Of a stretch of 64,000 nt of DNA, positions 15,691-29,299 are shown one piece after another. The stretch is from the human T2T-CHM13v2.0 reference genome, Homo sapiens. The position numbers were made by a program, and so were the translations under genes. The first letter of the stretch is position 1, and each line of letters begins with the position of its first letter. The DNA lies in NCBI RefSeq assembly GCF_009914755.1, contig NC_060929.1, one strand, 5' to 3'. A model generated the notes under the pieces. It saw only the letters and a program-made list of their open reading frames with translations, was not told the DNA's origin and did not search any database.

Positions 15691-16389
15691 GTTGGGGAAA
15701 AACCATGAACCACTAAAAATTAGTATAACTTTAAGTGATTCTCAAGGAAAAGTATTTGGGATCATAGTTCAGAGAAGATCCAATTTAGGGTTGATTGTCA
15801 ATATTGTGGTAAGAAAGTGGGAAAGTTGAAATTTTGATTAATTGAATCTAACCACTTAAAATTTGTAATATTCTCAAGTAAATGATTGCTTAATATCCAA
15901 TTATAATTAAAGAACTAATTCCGATTTTTAAAATATTGGCAATCATCGTTACTTATGTTACACAATTGCAGGTTTTATCCAGGTTTCAGCATATAATCTA
16001 TTAAAAATTCTCAGAATTAAATATTTTACATCTTCACCATTTCAATACTAGATAATGATTATTTCTTTCTTTGATGAGTGAAAGTTTTAATCAGCTGCTG
16101 AACTATCAATCTGGATGCCAGAAATTACAAACCATGTTGTACTGAAAAAGTCAGGAAAATGGACTAATTAAGTTTCATTTTCAACAATAAGAGCTGGGAC
16201 AACCCAGAGGTTCCTTTTTAGTAAATTTTAATGATCCAGAAATTCATTGTATCTACAGTTCCTATTCCACCAACATTTTTTTTATTTTGATAATGTGTAT
16301 GCAACATAAAATTTACTATTTTATCCCTCAATTTTAAGATTTAATAGAGACAATGAAATAGTAAACACTGGTTAGCTGTTGTTCTCCAA

Positions 16390-17260
16390 GTCAGTTTCTT
16401 CTATTTCCTGTACTCACTGTTATACTGTATTTCCCAGTGGTTCTATTATTTTGGTTTGACCATATGGCTGGGTTGTAGCTCATTGGATGTGGATTGTGAG
16501 CCAAAGCTGATATGCACCCCTTCCATACCTGCTCCATAAAATCCTTCCATTGTGAATTCTTCCATGCCTTTTCCTCCTCTAGTAGATGACTGAGAGGACT
16601 CCAGAGAATAATAGACACAAAAGTTGAAATGATGATGGTTTCCAAATGACCATTTTGATGGTGATCTGCCACACTGGACCACTTGTGATCACTTAATATG
16701 GAGTGTAGTTTGGAATTTGGATGTTTAGCACTTACGTAAACGGCATTACCCTAACAAATACAACTTTCCACAGCAGATATAAGTATAAACTAATAGCTTT
16801 TCCAGGTATCGGACGAGTGAAACATATGGTGGGTGCTTTTTCTTTTGTTTGTTTGTTTTCTCTTAATTGACCAACATCTGGAAGTTGAAGGCAACGATTG
16901 AGAAGACTGCTCTACATTATCAGTGGCAGAAATCCTAGCTAGGATATGGTGTCCACCTTTTTGGAGTTGGCACAATTCTACATAGGATGCCAAAGGAAGA
17001 CCTGAGTTTACATCAGAGTGTAATGATGTTAGCTATGACAAAAAGGTGGTGGCATTTATTTCTGCTGAAAATATCTGAAGTGGATGCTGCCTGCACCTTT
17101 TCCAAATGGAACTCTCCACTTAGAGTAATTTGCACATATTCCCAATCCCAAATTGCTGCAACTCTTTACAACAACTTCTTACCTTGCTGAGCTCCATTCC
17201 TTACTATTTAGGGAAAAAGGTCTCAGCACAGACTTGCCATGTCGCTGTTGGCTCTCTTTT
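16390..17260. mobile_element. MLT1 (ERVL-MaLR) LTR with probable internal sequence
   Basis: ttttggtttgaccatatggctggg...ccataaaatccttcc LTR-like segment followed by MaLR-internal-like sequence. Confidence 0.45.
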
Positions 17261-18009
17261 AATCCCATCAGGAAGGTGAGAGGGGAGTACAGGATTGCTG
17301 TGACTGGGGAAACCTGAGCCTTAGCTAAAGAGGATAGGGTAGAAAGTGTTCCTTGTGAGAGAGAGGGAGAAAGTTACTGCCTCTGCTCTGAATCACTGTA
17401 TTTGGGTGGTTCTGATAGTGAACTCTGCTAGGGGTAACTCAATAGAAAATATAAATAAATTTTCTCTTCCAAAACCATTAAAACAATACTATTAAGATCT
17501 GGGAGGTTGGGGAGATATCTAAGTTAGAGAATCTTACTTAGAATGATTTTTTTTTTTTTTTTTTTGGAAAACAGCCAAAATTACCAAGGCGTGATTACCA
17601 TACTCCCTTTGCTTAAAATAATTTAGTGGCTCCCCATTAGGAAAAATATCCAAATTCTTAAGGAAGCCTACAGGGGTCTGAATAATCTTGCCCCTGCTGA
17701 CTTCTGTAGATTTGTCTCAGGACAGTCTCCCTTTCTCTGTCTTTATTTCAGGTGATTCCTTTCAATTCTCCAAGACCAGGCTCACTTGTATCACATGACG
17801 TTTGTACCTGCTGTTTCTACCACATGGTATGTTTTCTGTGGAACACAGTTTTTAGTTAACTAAACATCATCCCTGAAAACTCTACTGAGACAGTGCTACC
17901 TCAGGCTTTCATTGACTCCCAGGCCAGGTCAGGGACCCCTTTCATATGTCCATTCTGAAGCATACTGTTTTATTTGCTTAAAATATGACCTGCTTTTTGG
18001 GATCATTTG

Positions 18010-18342
18010 GGTAGGACACCTCTGTGGTGTCTTTTCCTATAGATGGAATATATTTCCTACTCCATTGTTGCCCAGTTTTACCTTGAGCCTTGCTTTGTAC
18101 AATAAAATGCTAGTGGAAGCGATGATGTCATATACATAAACCTTTAAGGGTGGGATAGCTAAGGTAGGAGATGCTCTTTTAGCCTGGATCCAGCAAGAAA
18201 AAGACATGGAGCGGAATTGCGGCTGGACCTGTACAGGACATTAACATGAGTAATAAATAAATAAGCCTTTATTATTATAAGCCACTAAAATATTGAGTAT
18301 GTTTGTTAATTCAGCATACTGTAGTGAAAGCTGACTAATGCA
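18010..18342 (+). mobile_element. MLT1 (I/J-like) solo LTR
   Basis: Ends with aataaataagcctttattattataagccactaaaatattgag...gctgactaatgca, a typical MLT1 3' end. Confidence 0.75.
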
Positions 18343-18616
18343 GTGTCATAGCATGCTTTGTTTTAACATGCAAGGAAAGATGACATGGTACTATTAGATA
18401 GGCTGTAAAGTTCAACTTCCTGTAGTCAATGTCCACTCTGCCACTTGGTACTTCGCATTCTTAGACCACATTATTCAATCTCCCCTAGCCTCAATGACTT
18501 TACTTGTAAGATTGTATAATACTATAGAATACTTTCATAGGATGATGGTAAGGGTTAAATGAGTTAATACTGTTCAAGTATTTTTTTTAAGATACAAAAA
18601 TATTTTCATTTAATAA

Positions 18617-19026
<410 letters not shown>

Positions 19027-19110
19027 AGCACATATTCTTGTTATGTTTTTAAAACTAGTTGTTAAATTAGATTTTACTTATTAGTAGATTCTAGTGCAGA
19101 AGCTATAGAA

Positions 19111-19169
19111 CAGCAGTCCCCAGCTTTTTCGGCACCAGGCACCAGTTACGTGGAAGATAATTTTTCCAC
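19111..19169. mobile_element. MER1 (hAT-Charlie) terminal fragment
   Basis: cagcagtccccagctttttcggcaccagg...gtggaagataatttttccac matches the recalled MER1A/B terminus. Confidence 0.8.
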
Positions 19170-19739
19170 CAGTTTCTGGCACAGAACAAGTCCTCAGTAA
19201 ATGTTAATTATTAGTATTCATATGACTCAGAAAAATTTTCAACCATATATTTTCTATGATTATTTGATTAATGTCTGTTTCTGCCACTAGACTGGTAGGA
19301 TTCTGAGAGTAGAAACTTCACTTACTTTGTCATTTTTATGTAACCAGTGACTAGCAAAAATCTGACACATGTAAGTGCTTAACCAATATTTGTGCAGTGA
19401 ATAAAGAAAATGAATGAAAGAGTAAATAAATGAAGGTAAAAGCCCAAAGCTGTCATCAGTTATGGTAGTTAGAGTAATTCAAAATAAATACTATTAAAAT
19501 TTTAAATTACTTATAGAAGGAGTAATTTTTCACGTAATACTAGCTTTATGCATCAAATTTTATAAAATATAGACTTAAGCAAAAACCAGACTTCTGGTTG
19601 AACTCTACGGGATGGAAGTTCCTATAGTGGTTTGCACTGCTGGCCTAGTGTCAATAACATTGCTATTTCATAAGGGTCAATGGTGCAAAATGCAAAAAGG
19701 TAATTATTTGTCAAGATATTTTATATCCTTCCCCAAATC

Positions 19740-20437
19740 TTTTTATTATCAACTTTTATTTTAGATAAAGCGGATACAGGTTTGTTTGTTTTGTTTTTTA
19801 CCTGGGTATACTGCACTCAGGTAGTGAGCATAGTACCCAGTAGGTTGTTTTTTTACCCTTGTCCCTCTCCCTTCATGCCTCTGATAGACCACAGTGTCTA
19901 TTGTTCTCATGTTTATGTCTGTGCATGCTAAATGTTGTGCTACTGTGAGTGAGAACATGCAGTATTTGTTTTTCTGTTCCTCTGTTAGTTGTCTTAGGAT
20001 TATGTCCTCCAGCTCCATCCATGTTGCTACAAAGGAAATGATTTCATTCTCTCTTTGTGGATGCATAGTATTCTGTGGAGTATATGTATCACATTTTATT
20101 TATCCAGTCCACCACTGATGGGCCCCTAGGTTGATTCCATATGTTTGCCATTGTGAATAGCTTGGCAATGAACAAATGAATGCACATATCTCTTTAATAT
20201 AATAATCTACTTTGCTTTGAGTATATACCCAGTAGTGAGATTGCTGGGTGGGATGGTAGCTCTGTTCTTAGTTCTTTGAAAAATCTCCAAATTGCTTTCC
20301 ACAGTGGCTGGACTAATTTACATTCCTACCCACAGTGTGTCCCTTTTCTCCACAGCCTCACCAGCATCTGCTGTTCTTTAACTTTTTAATCATAGCCATT
20401 TTGACTAGTGTGAGATGGTATCTCATAGTGGTTTTGA
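19740..20437 (-). mobile_element. L1 (old L1PA/L1PB-like) 3' UTR and ORF2 end
   Basis: gtgagaacatgcagtatttg, tccatccatgttgc, gtgtgagatggtatctcat; the ORF at 19761-20066 resembles the L1 ORF2 C-terminus (EIISFVATWMELEDIIL). Confidence 0.9.
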
Positions 20438-21159
20438 AAATATTAATAATTAAGCATCTAATTCTTGAAATTCATGGTGGATAAAACCAGTCCTAATATC
20501 ATCTGACACTTGTTCTCAAATTCTGCCATTGCAATATTCAGCCTCTCATAGGGGACACTTTTTTGGTATAAAATGTAAGCCATAGTGTTTCAAATCATCT
20601 TCCATGGTTACAAATTAATGCCCATCCTATCTCTGATAGCGCGTCTCTATTTTTCTAGTTCCCAGTTTAGCATTGTGTACTGGGCAATGCCCTCTCTCAG
20701 AGGCTAGAAATTGAAGAATTAGATTGCATAGCATGGCATACATGTCTTGATTGGTAAATTAGTTGAGTATTTACTCAGGCATAGACAAGTAGCCTGGGAA
20801 GACTCATTGAGAATGGGACAAGTATTAGGTGAGATGAGAGCTGGAAGCAGAGACATGTTGGTGTTGAGGGACATGTGTGATATACTGTACTAACATTCAC
20901 CAGAGACAGCATTAATACTAGAACCTGGGTAGGGATTGATCTTGAAAGTAGAATTCAAGAAAGTGGTTTCAACTATGTTTCAGATAAATCACCCCATTCC
21001 CAAATAGTTTTACTTCTACATGGCACTATTTGAAAACACTTGTGAGGAGGCAAGTTCTTGCAGTTAGAAAGCTGGAAAGACTCTTGGTGGTAGAAATAAA
21101 ATATGTTTCACTATGAGAGAAAGAACCATAATAAACACATAACAAGTCATATGTATTTT

Positions 21160-21511
21160 TTTCTTTTGAAAAATATTGTGTTAATTTATGAGGGACCAGT
21201 GTAATTTTGTTGAATGCATAGACACATAGTGATAATGTCACAACCTTTAGGGTATTCAACACTCAAATAACATACATTGTACAAATAACGTAATTTCTCA
21301 TCATCCACCCCCTCATCCTTTCAAGTATCCATTGCCTGACATTCTACTCTCTACGTTCACGTGTACACAATATTTAGTTCCCACTTATGTAAGAACTTGC
21401 AGTAATTCTCTTTCTGTGTATGATTTGTTTCACTTAAGATAATGACTTCCAGTTCCATTCATGTTGCTGTAGAAGATGTGATTTTATTGTTTTATGGCTG
21501 AACAGTATTTC

Positions 21512-21580
<69 letters not shown>

Positions 21581-21940
21581 CACATTTTCTTTATCCAATC
21601 TCTTGTTTATGGAAACATAGGTTAATTGCATTACTTTTCTCTTGTGAATAGCCTGAAATACACATATGTGTAAAGGTATATTTTTGATACAACGATTTAT
21701 TTTCCTTTGGGTACATACCCATTAGTAGATTGTTGGATCAAAGGGTAGTTCTTTTAGTTCTTAGAGAAATCTTCATGCTGTTTTCCATAAATGTTGTACT
21801 GCTTTACATTCCAGCCAACGGTGTGTAAGATTTCTCCATTCTCTGCATCCTCGCCAGCATCTGTTTTTGTTTTCATTTTTTTTTTTTTAATAAGAGACAT
21901 TCTGACTGGGGTAAGATGATACCTCATTATGATTTTAATT
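21160..21940 (-). mobile_element. L1MA-type 3' fragment containing a (TG)16(TA)n microsatellite at 21514-21578
   Basis: L1 ORF2-end peptide (RYHLTPVRM...DAGEDAE) and a typical 3' UTR. Confidence 0.88.
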
Positions 21941-22469
21941 AAGTCATGTTTATTCTTGATCTTGTTTTTGTTCACTTCCTTTGCCAGTTGAATGCTTTCT
22001 CACTTTCCAAGCATAACAAATGGAGATACCTATAAAGGATGAAATATAGGCATTTTGATTTTCAATTGATGCTGTATTAGAGTATGGCTTCCATCAATTA
22101 TTCATTCCCGGATTTGGCAAAACTATTCTAGTGTGAAGGCGTGAGGATAAGAAGTAATAGATAAGATAAGAAAGCATAGGTAGTAGAAAAATGCTAGCTA
22201 TTTTTCAAATAATTAAAAAATAATGTACAATAACTAATTGGTCATCAACTGTGCGTTTTTATAGTTACCCAAAAGTAGATATTAATTTCTGTTCTTAAAT
22301 GCGTATACTTTATTTTTTGAAGTCAAGAATATCGAAGAAAAGGTTAAATCACTAAATACAATTATTCACAATAATAAAATTAGATTCATAAAATAATAGA
22401 AGACAGTCATGTGATTATAAAAGTATTAATCCCTAATAAACTCCCAGTATTTGAAAGACACTTGATTTT

Positions 22470-22787
<318 letters not shown>

Positions 22788-24600
22788 AACACTTGATTTT
22801 TTAACATACCAGCCTTCATTTTATTTAAGAGTCGTTCTTTCATTTTTACTTTCATATCTCTCCTTCATTCTCTTTTGTCATGAAGGCGATATGATTAATC
22901 ATGGTAAAACTACCTAAATGAAAATATATCTATTTTACAATTGTTTTGCCAAAGATAACGGAAAGGCTATATGGAAGTATTTTATTTAAAAAATGAGTAA
23001 TCAAACTTATTTCTGTTTTAAAATACAGTCATGGAGATAGCTTGGGTAAAAAGCAGAAGCAGTTTAGAATAATAAATGTTCATAATTGATTTAAGCAAAG
23101 GAAGTTTAGAGGTGTGATAAGCTTTAGTCTAAATTCCATGCCAGGCAACCCCTATGAATACATACTTGACTTCCTTAGAAAAACTGAAGGTTTTGTTCTC
23201 CCCCTAAATAGGTGTTTGCTGTATTATATTTTCATCTCTCTAAAGAAAATTTTGATATCTTGGATACATTATGCAAGCCTCTGGCACTCCTGTGTTTTGT
23301 AGGATGCTTCCTCTTAAGTGTTTGGATTGCATTAGACTGTGCTGATTGTGGGCATGCTTCGTCTGGGCAGAATACCAAAGGGACAAAAGCACATTCCTGA
23401 GCCTTCAACATAAAGCACTCCATCCATGCAGCCCTGGCACCGGAGGGTGAAATATCAATTATTACAAACATATTCTGGGCACTTTAGAGACATTACTCAT
23501 TCTTCCATGTGTAATGGGAATTTATGTTTTCAGGATAAGAGAAGGAGTTGGCAGGTGCAATGGGAAGCATTGCAGTAAAATTTTTCTCTACAAAGTGAGA
23601 TGTTGTCTGTAGAGAGCACGTGCAATACCTCTAGCTTTGCTTAATCTATTTCTCTTGGGGTGGGGAAGCCAGTTTACATTTTCCAGTGAACCATATCCAT
23701 TGACGATTGCTTTGATTTCATTGTACAGGAGGCTTAACAAACAGCCAACGGATTTATGTTTTAGTGGAAAGCACGACATAACCTTCAGCAGAAAAGCTCC
23801 TTCAGAAAGAAACTATGTGCTTAGACTGCCAAGTGCATTTAAATGTTGTAAACAGTCTAAGAAAACAGGACATCTGTGTGCCATGTTCACCAGGCTGAGT
23901 GTCCTTTGAATTATGCCCTTGGCGATGAATCTATGCACAGTAGCACGTGCTTCTTGACCTCAACTCCTTGAGCATCTCTCTGGCTGATGTCATAGAGGCT
24001 GGAAAGAAACTATGTAATAGTAAAATTTTCCTGTTCCCCTTTGAGGGATTTATGCATTTAAGAGATGCTCCTATTTAACCCACACATTTTGTTCTCTGTT
24101 GAGGGCAAAAGCAAAGCAATGATGTGGATAACACAACATGTCATTTCAAAAGATCTTTGTCTTTAATTGGAAAATTAAAATTGTGAACTATGTAATTTTG
24201 GAAAATGAAGAGTATAAAGAATTACCCCAAAAAGTTACCCATAATTACTCTGCTGGAGATAACATTTTGTTTTATTTCCTTTATGCATCTGTTTGTATCT
24301 GTTGGTATATTCCCATGTATTTGTTCATATCCAGATACATAAGTATTTACAAAGACATACCACATTATATCACAGTTCTTCACTTATCCTTGTATCTTGG
24401 ACATTTTCTCTTGCTAACATAAGTTATTGTAAAGTTTAATTTTAAATATTTTTATAATATTATATCATATGATTGGTCCAAATATATTTATCCATGTCTT
24501 TCCTAGGAGATTCTGATATCCTCATTCTTTTTTTTTTAGGTGTCTGTGATAAAAGGGAAACAAAACAGCATGGGATTTGGAAATAAATTGTGTTGCTTTT

Positions 24601-24883
24601 TTCCCCTCAAATTCATTTATTTTTAAAATTGACATATAAAATTGTATGTAGTTACATGAACAACATGATGTTTTGAAGTATATATACAGTGTGGAATGAT
24701 GAAACCTAGCTAATTAGCATATGTATTATCTCACACAGTTAATCACTTTTGTGGTGAGAACACTTCACATCTATCCTCCTAGCATTTTTCAATAATACAA
24801 TATACTGATATTAACTATAGTCACCATGCCGTACAATAGACTTCTTGAACTTGTTCCTTCTGTCTAACTGTAAATATGTGAAT
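24601..24883 (-). mobile_element. L1MA8/9-like 3' tip with intact TSD
   Basis: attgacatataaaattgtatg...gtggtgagaacact...aactatagtcaccatg; TSD ttgtgttgctttt at 24588-24600 and 24884-24896. Confidence 0.85.
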
Positions 24884-25990
24884 TTGTGTTGCTTTTGTCC
24901 AGAGAGTTGGCTTTTGTTAAGAGTCTAGGGTAGAAAATATAATAGTCAGGTGGTGAAGCTAGCTTGCCTCATAGCTGGCTAGAACAAAGCCTCTACCCTG
25001 CAAACTTCTCCTGAAACTGTTCGCTAATATCCAAGAAATTTTAATTCCTACTTTGAGCTTTGACCTCTTTAAAAAATATAAATCCTTAGAAGATATACTA
25101 TTTGAAGCACTTCATCATTTCATCGTGAATGACTTTTCAAGGGGTAGATTTCAATGCTTACCTGAAGAATCAGAGTCTGAAGGGACTAAGGGAAAAGTGA
25201 GAGGGAGATGCATTCCAAAATTACCAAGAAAGGGGGTTTCCCTGAGAGCTTGTAAGCAGGCTCTAAATTTCGTCTTAACAGAACAGGGTGATCCGGGAAC
25301 CTGGAGCCTCTTTAGGGATATTTACTAACCTGGATTAGACATATATAGTTCATTCTTTATCAGATGTTATAACGAGAAGATACAGGAGCAAACAAAAACT
25401 TACGTTTGTTCGTTTTATAGAGCATAACACCTGCCAAGGCAAGGACTTGGCTAAGTTATCTTGACAACTCAGACTTAATGGATTTTTTGTTTGCTTGTAT
25501 TATAGGGATAACATCATGACAATCTGCTTTATTTTTCAAGCAGAGATACTACATTTGGAACAGTGTCAAGAAAAAAATATGGAATCAAATTTGATGTCTG
25601 TGGTTGGTTTCTACGTAGGTCAAATACTGTGAGATTTTATTTTATGTATATGAATGGAGGGAGTTTTAAAACCAAAATCTTTTTGGTCCTATTCAGATTT
25701 ACATGGCTTTGTCTCTAACCTAGGTTCTGTGGGCTTAATTCTAGCTTTGTTGCTTAACTGATGGGTGTAATTAGAAAGTAAATGTTCTCTGTTCCTGTGG
25801 CATTTCAACACAAAATTTGGAGATAGAAGGACATATGCCTCATTCATATTTATGCAACGTGTGAGAATCTTGAGAATTTTTTTTTAATTCCTTGTTTGAA
25901 AGAATCTGAGTCTCTCATTCCTCAATGTGTATTAGAACATTGCCCATGCTGTTCCTTCCACCTGGAACATCCCTCAAACTTCAATGGAAC

Positions 25991-26297
25991 TTTCTTTTTT
26001 TTTTTTTTTTTTTTTTGACAGAGTGTTGCTCTGTCACTCAGGCTGATACAGTACACTGGCGATCTTGGCTCACTGCAACCTCTGTCTCCCGGGTTCAAGT
26101 GATTCTCGTGCCTCAGCCTCCCGAGTAGCTGGGATTACAGGCACACACCACCATGCCTGGCTAATTTTTGTATTTTTGGTACAGACTGTGTTTCGACACA
26201 TTGGCCAGGTTGATCTTGAATTCCAGACTTCAAGTTATCTGCCCGCCTCTGCCTCCCAAAGTGCTGGAACTACAGGCATGAGCCACTGCGCTGAGCC
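25991..26297 (-). mobile_element. Alu (AluS-like)
   Basis: Poly-T plus Alu dimer; degenerate TSD ggaactttctt / ggaatttctt. Confidence 0.93.
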
Positions 26298-26309
26298 CCC
26301 CACAGGAAT

Positions 26310-26625
26310 TTCTTCCTCACTTATGTCAAGATGTTGCTCAGATGTCATCTTCTCAGGAGGGACTTAGATGTGATCACTTTATTTAAAACCTCATCTTATT
26401 ATCTGCATTTTGTATCCCCCCATCTGGCATTATTTTTCTTTCTAGCACTTAACACTTTACAAGGTGGAATATAATTTTTATATCATTTGTGTGATTGCCT
26501 TCCACTAGGATGAAAGCTCCACGAGAGCAGAGATTTGGAGCTGCTGTTTCACTGGTGCTAACTAGCACCTAGAGCACTGCCTTACACATAGTAGGAAAAT
26601 ATACACATTTGTTGAGTGAATGCTA
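26310..26625. mobile_element. L2 3' end
   Basis: ccactaggatgaaagctccacgagagcagaga...agcacctagagcactgccttacacatagtagg...ttgttgagtgaatg. Confidence 0.75.
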
Positions 26626-27098
26626 TTAGTGCAAGATTTTTTTTTATCAATAGATAAATACAGCTATATACAGCTTAGATTGATTTTAGAAAACTACCAT
26701 GATCAAGGACTCTAATAGCAGCAACAACCCAGAATACCTGTCTGAATACTTATAATATTCTATTCCCAGATTTAAGCAATTATTTTAAAATTAAGTTGGC
26801 TGCATTAATTTTAAACTGAATACTTTATCATCGATTTGGGCATCAGCTCCCTAAGTCTCAAAATTTCATTTTTGCAAGATATGTTTTAGCTTAAAGGATA
26901 TTCTTCCTTTCAAAATATTTTCCAGTAACAAAGGAATTTTTTTTACACTTTAAGAGAATACAAAGGAAATTACAATAGAGTATTACCCAGTTTCAGTCAG
27001 TCTTTCACCAAAAACATCTAAAACAGGAAAGAGAAAATCAAACAACAAAAAATGACATTCTGAGAAAAACAACAGCATTGCTGTCTCAGAGTTCATGA

Positions 27099-27240
27099 CT
27101 TTCTTTCTTTCTTTCTTTCTTTTCTTTCTTTCTTTCTCTTTCTTTCTTTCTTTCCTTCTTTCTTTCTTTCCCATTCTCTCTTTTCTTTTCTTTTTTTTTC
27201 TTTTATTTTCTTTTTTCTTTCCTTTCTCACCCTCCCTCCC
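27099..27240 (+). repeat. (TTTC)n-derived polypyrimidine tract
   Basis: Directly visible. Confidence 0.95.
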
Positions 27241-28983
27241 ATCTGTGTTTAACTGCATGCATTTACTGGAAGAGGGCACAAATTCATAAAACTTGTTTTC
27301 AAAAACACATTATCTATTTCAGCTATCAAACCTGATGCATGAGTTTGTTAGCCACTTTAAATCTGAGTAGGAATTAATTGCCAAATAAAAGATTATGCAT
27401 TTCACTTATCACTCATTTATTAATCATCATGTACGTATGTACATATTGAGTGAAAGCCCACTATGCAAAAAACATTTTGCTAGTCTTTGTGTTATCTTCA
27501 AGATAAACAGAAGAGTCTTTTTATCCTCCAGCAACTTACAGTCTATGGTAGAAAACCACTTGAAAATCCAGGCTGTGTGTGACTGTACTTAGCCAGCTTC
27601 CCACAGGGATCTTTCATACAGTTGCTCTCTCCATGGTAATTCATGAAACTGTGCCTATAGTACACAGTCTCTGTGGTCACAAGTAGCTGCTGTGATGCAA
27701 ACAACTTGCTAAATAAGGCAGGAGACCATAAGTGCTATTAGAGAGGTGTTATCAGTGTGCTGTGGGAGTAATTAATTCTGACTTAAAGTTTGGAGGGTGG
27801 GAAAGGGTGGCAAGAGCTAAAATTGATGTAATGCGATTTAAAGTCAGGAAGGTTATTCGGTTTAAGTAAACTGTTAGGGCTACTGGACGTAAAAGATAGA
27901 AAATATTTTATAGATCATTTCTAGTTCAATAAAATTACTGATCAGGAAACTGAAGTTCAGAGGGAGGAAGTGCCATTCCCTAAGTTATAGGAATAGTTAA
28001 ATGCAGTACAGAATTCTGACATCATTTGTTAGCAACTATTTACTATTAGATATTATTTTCAATTCAGAATTTAGCTTTCCTTTTTTTCAACAAAAGTCAT
28101 CTTTTTTAAAGGAAGCTCTTGATTACTAACATGATCTTGGTCAAACATAAGGAACTTGCAAGGTGAAGTGTATGTAGTATGAAAAACTTTTAGATAAAAT
28201 AATATTTAAAAATCCACTTCAGGGAAAAATTATTAAAAAGAAATTTTTATGCAGTTTTTCTTAACTATATGAACTTAACATTATAATTTTGTATTTTTTT
28301 CTTCTCATGCTTAAAAAATAATTTAACCATAGCAGAAATAGCATGTGGTAGCAATAACAAAGGGGATTATTTGAGTTATTTAGAGATTGTAATAATAAAT
28401 TTTAAATTTAAAAAAATCCTTTAAGTCTACTGTGACAAAAAGAATTAGAGCTGGAAAGGTTTTCCTCAGGAAATATTAGCACATTTATTAGGAGGCTTCA
28501 ATTTGGTTCAGTTTCTGAATTCATCCCACCCGCTTCCTCCCCACATGGTGGCTTTCTTGGGAAAAATTATTTCGTTTAAAACTTTTTATTTAAAACTGGA
28601 AAAAAAATCCATAGTATGAAACAGCATTTAAGTCATCTTTTCACATAAAAAAAAAATCCAAGTTCTGAGACCTTCAGATAAATAGTCATTGACTCTTGGG
28701 TTGACCTTTAGCTATGTCTGTAGGCACTGAGAACTCATGTTCTCTAGGCACAGACATTTAGGGTAAAATTTCATCAGCTCAATACAAATAATATACATGA
28801 ATGTTATATATCCATTTTTTTTAGTGTTCGAATAAATTATAAACGTCACTCATTAACTCATTCAGCAGACATTTTTGAGCACCTACACTGACAGTAGGCC
28901 CAGAATATGCAGTGGTGTACATTTAAGTGGGTTCTTAACTGTAATGTACCTGCATCCTTCCTTCATTTTCATCTGCTTGTCTT

Positions 28984-29299
<316 letters not shown>

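Noticed and set aside
19761-20066. 101-aa ORF
   Set aside because: Decayed L1 ORF2 C-terminus and 3' UTR, not a host gene.
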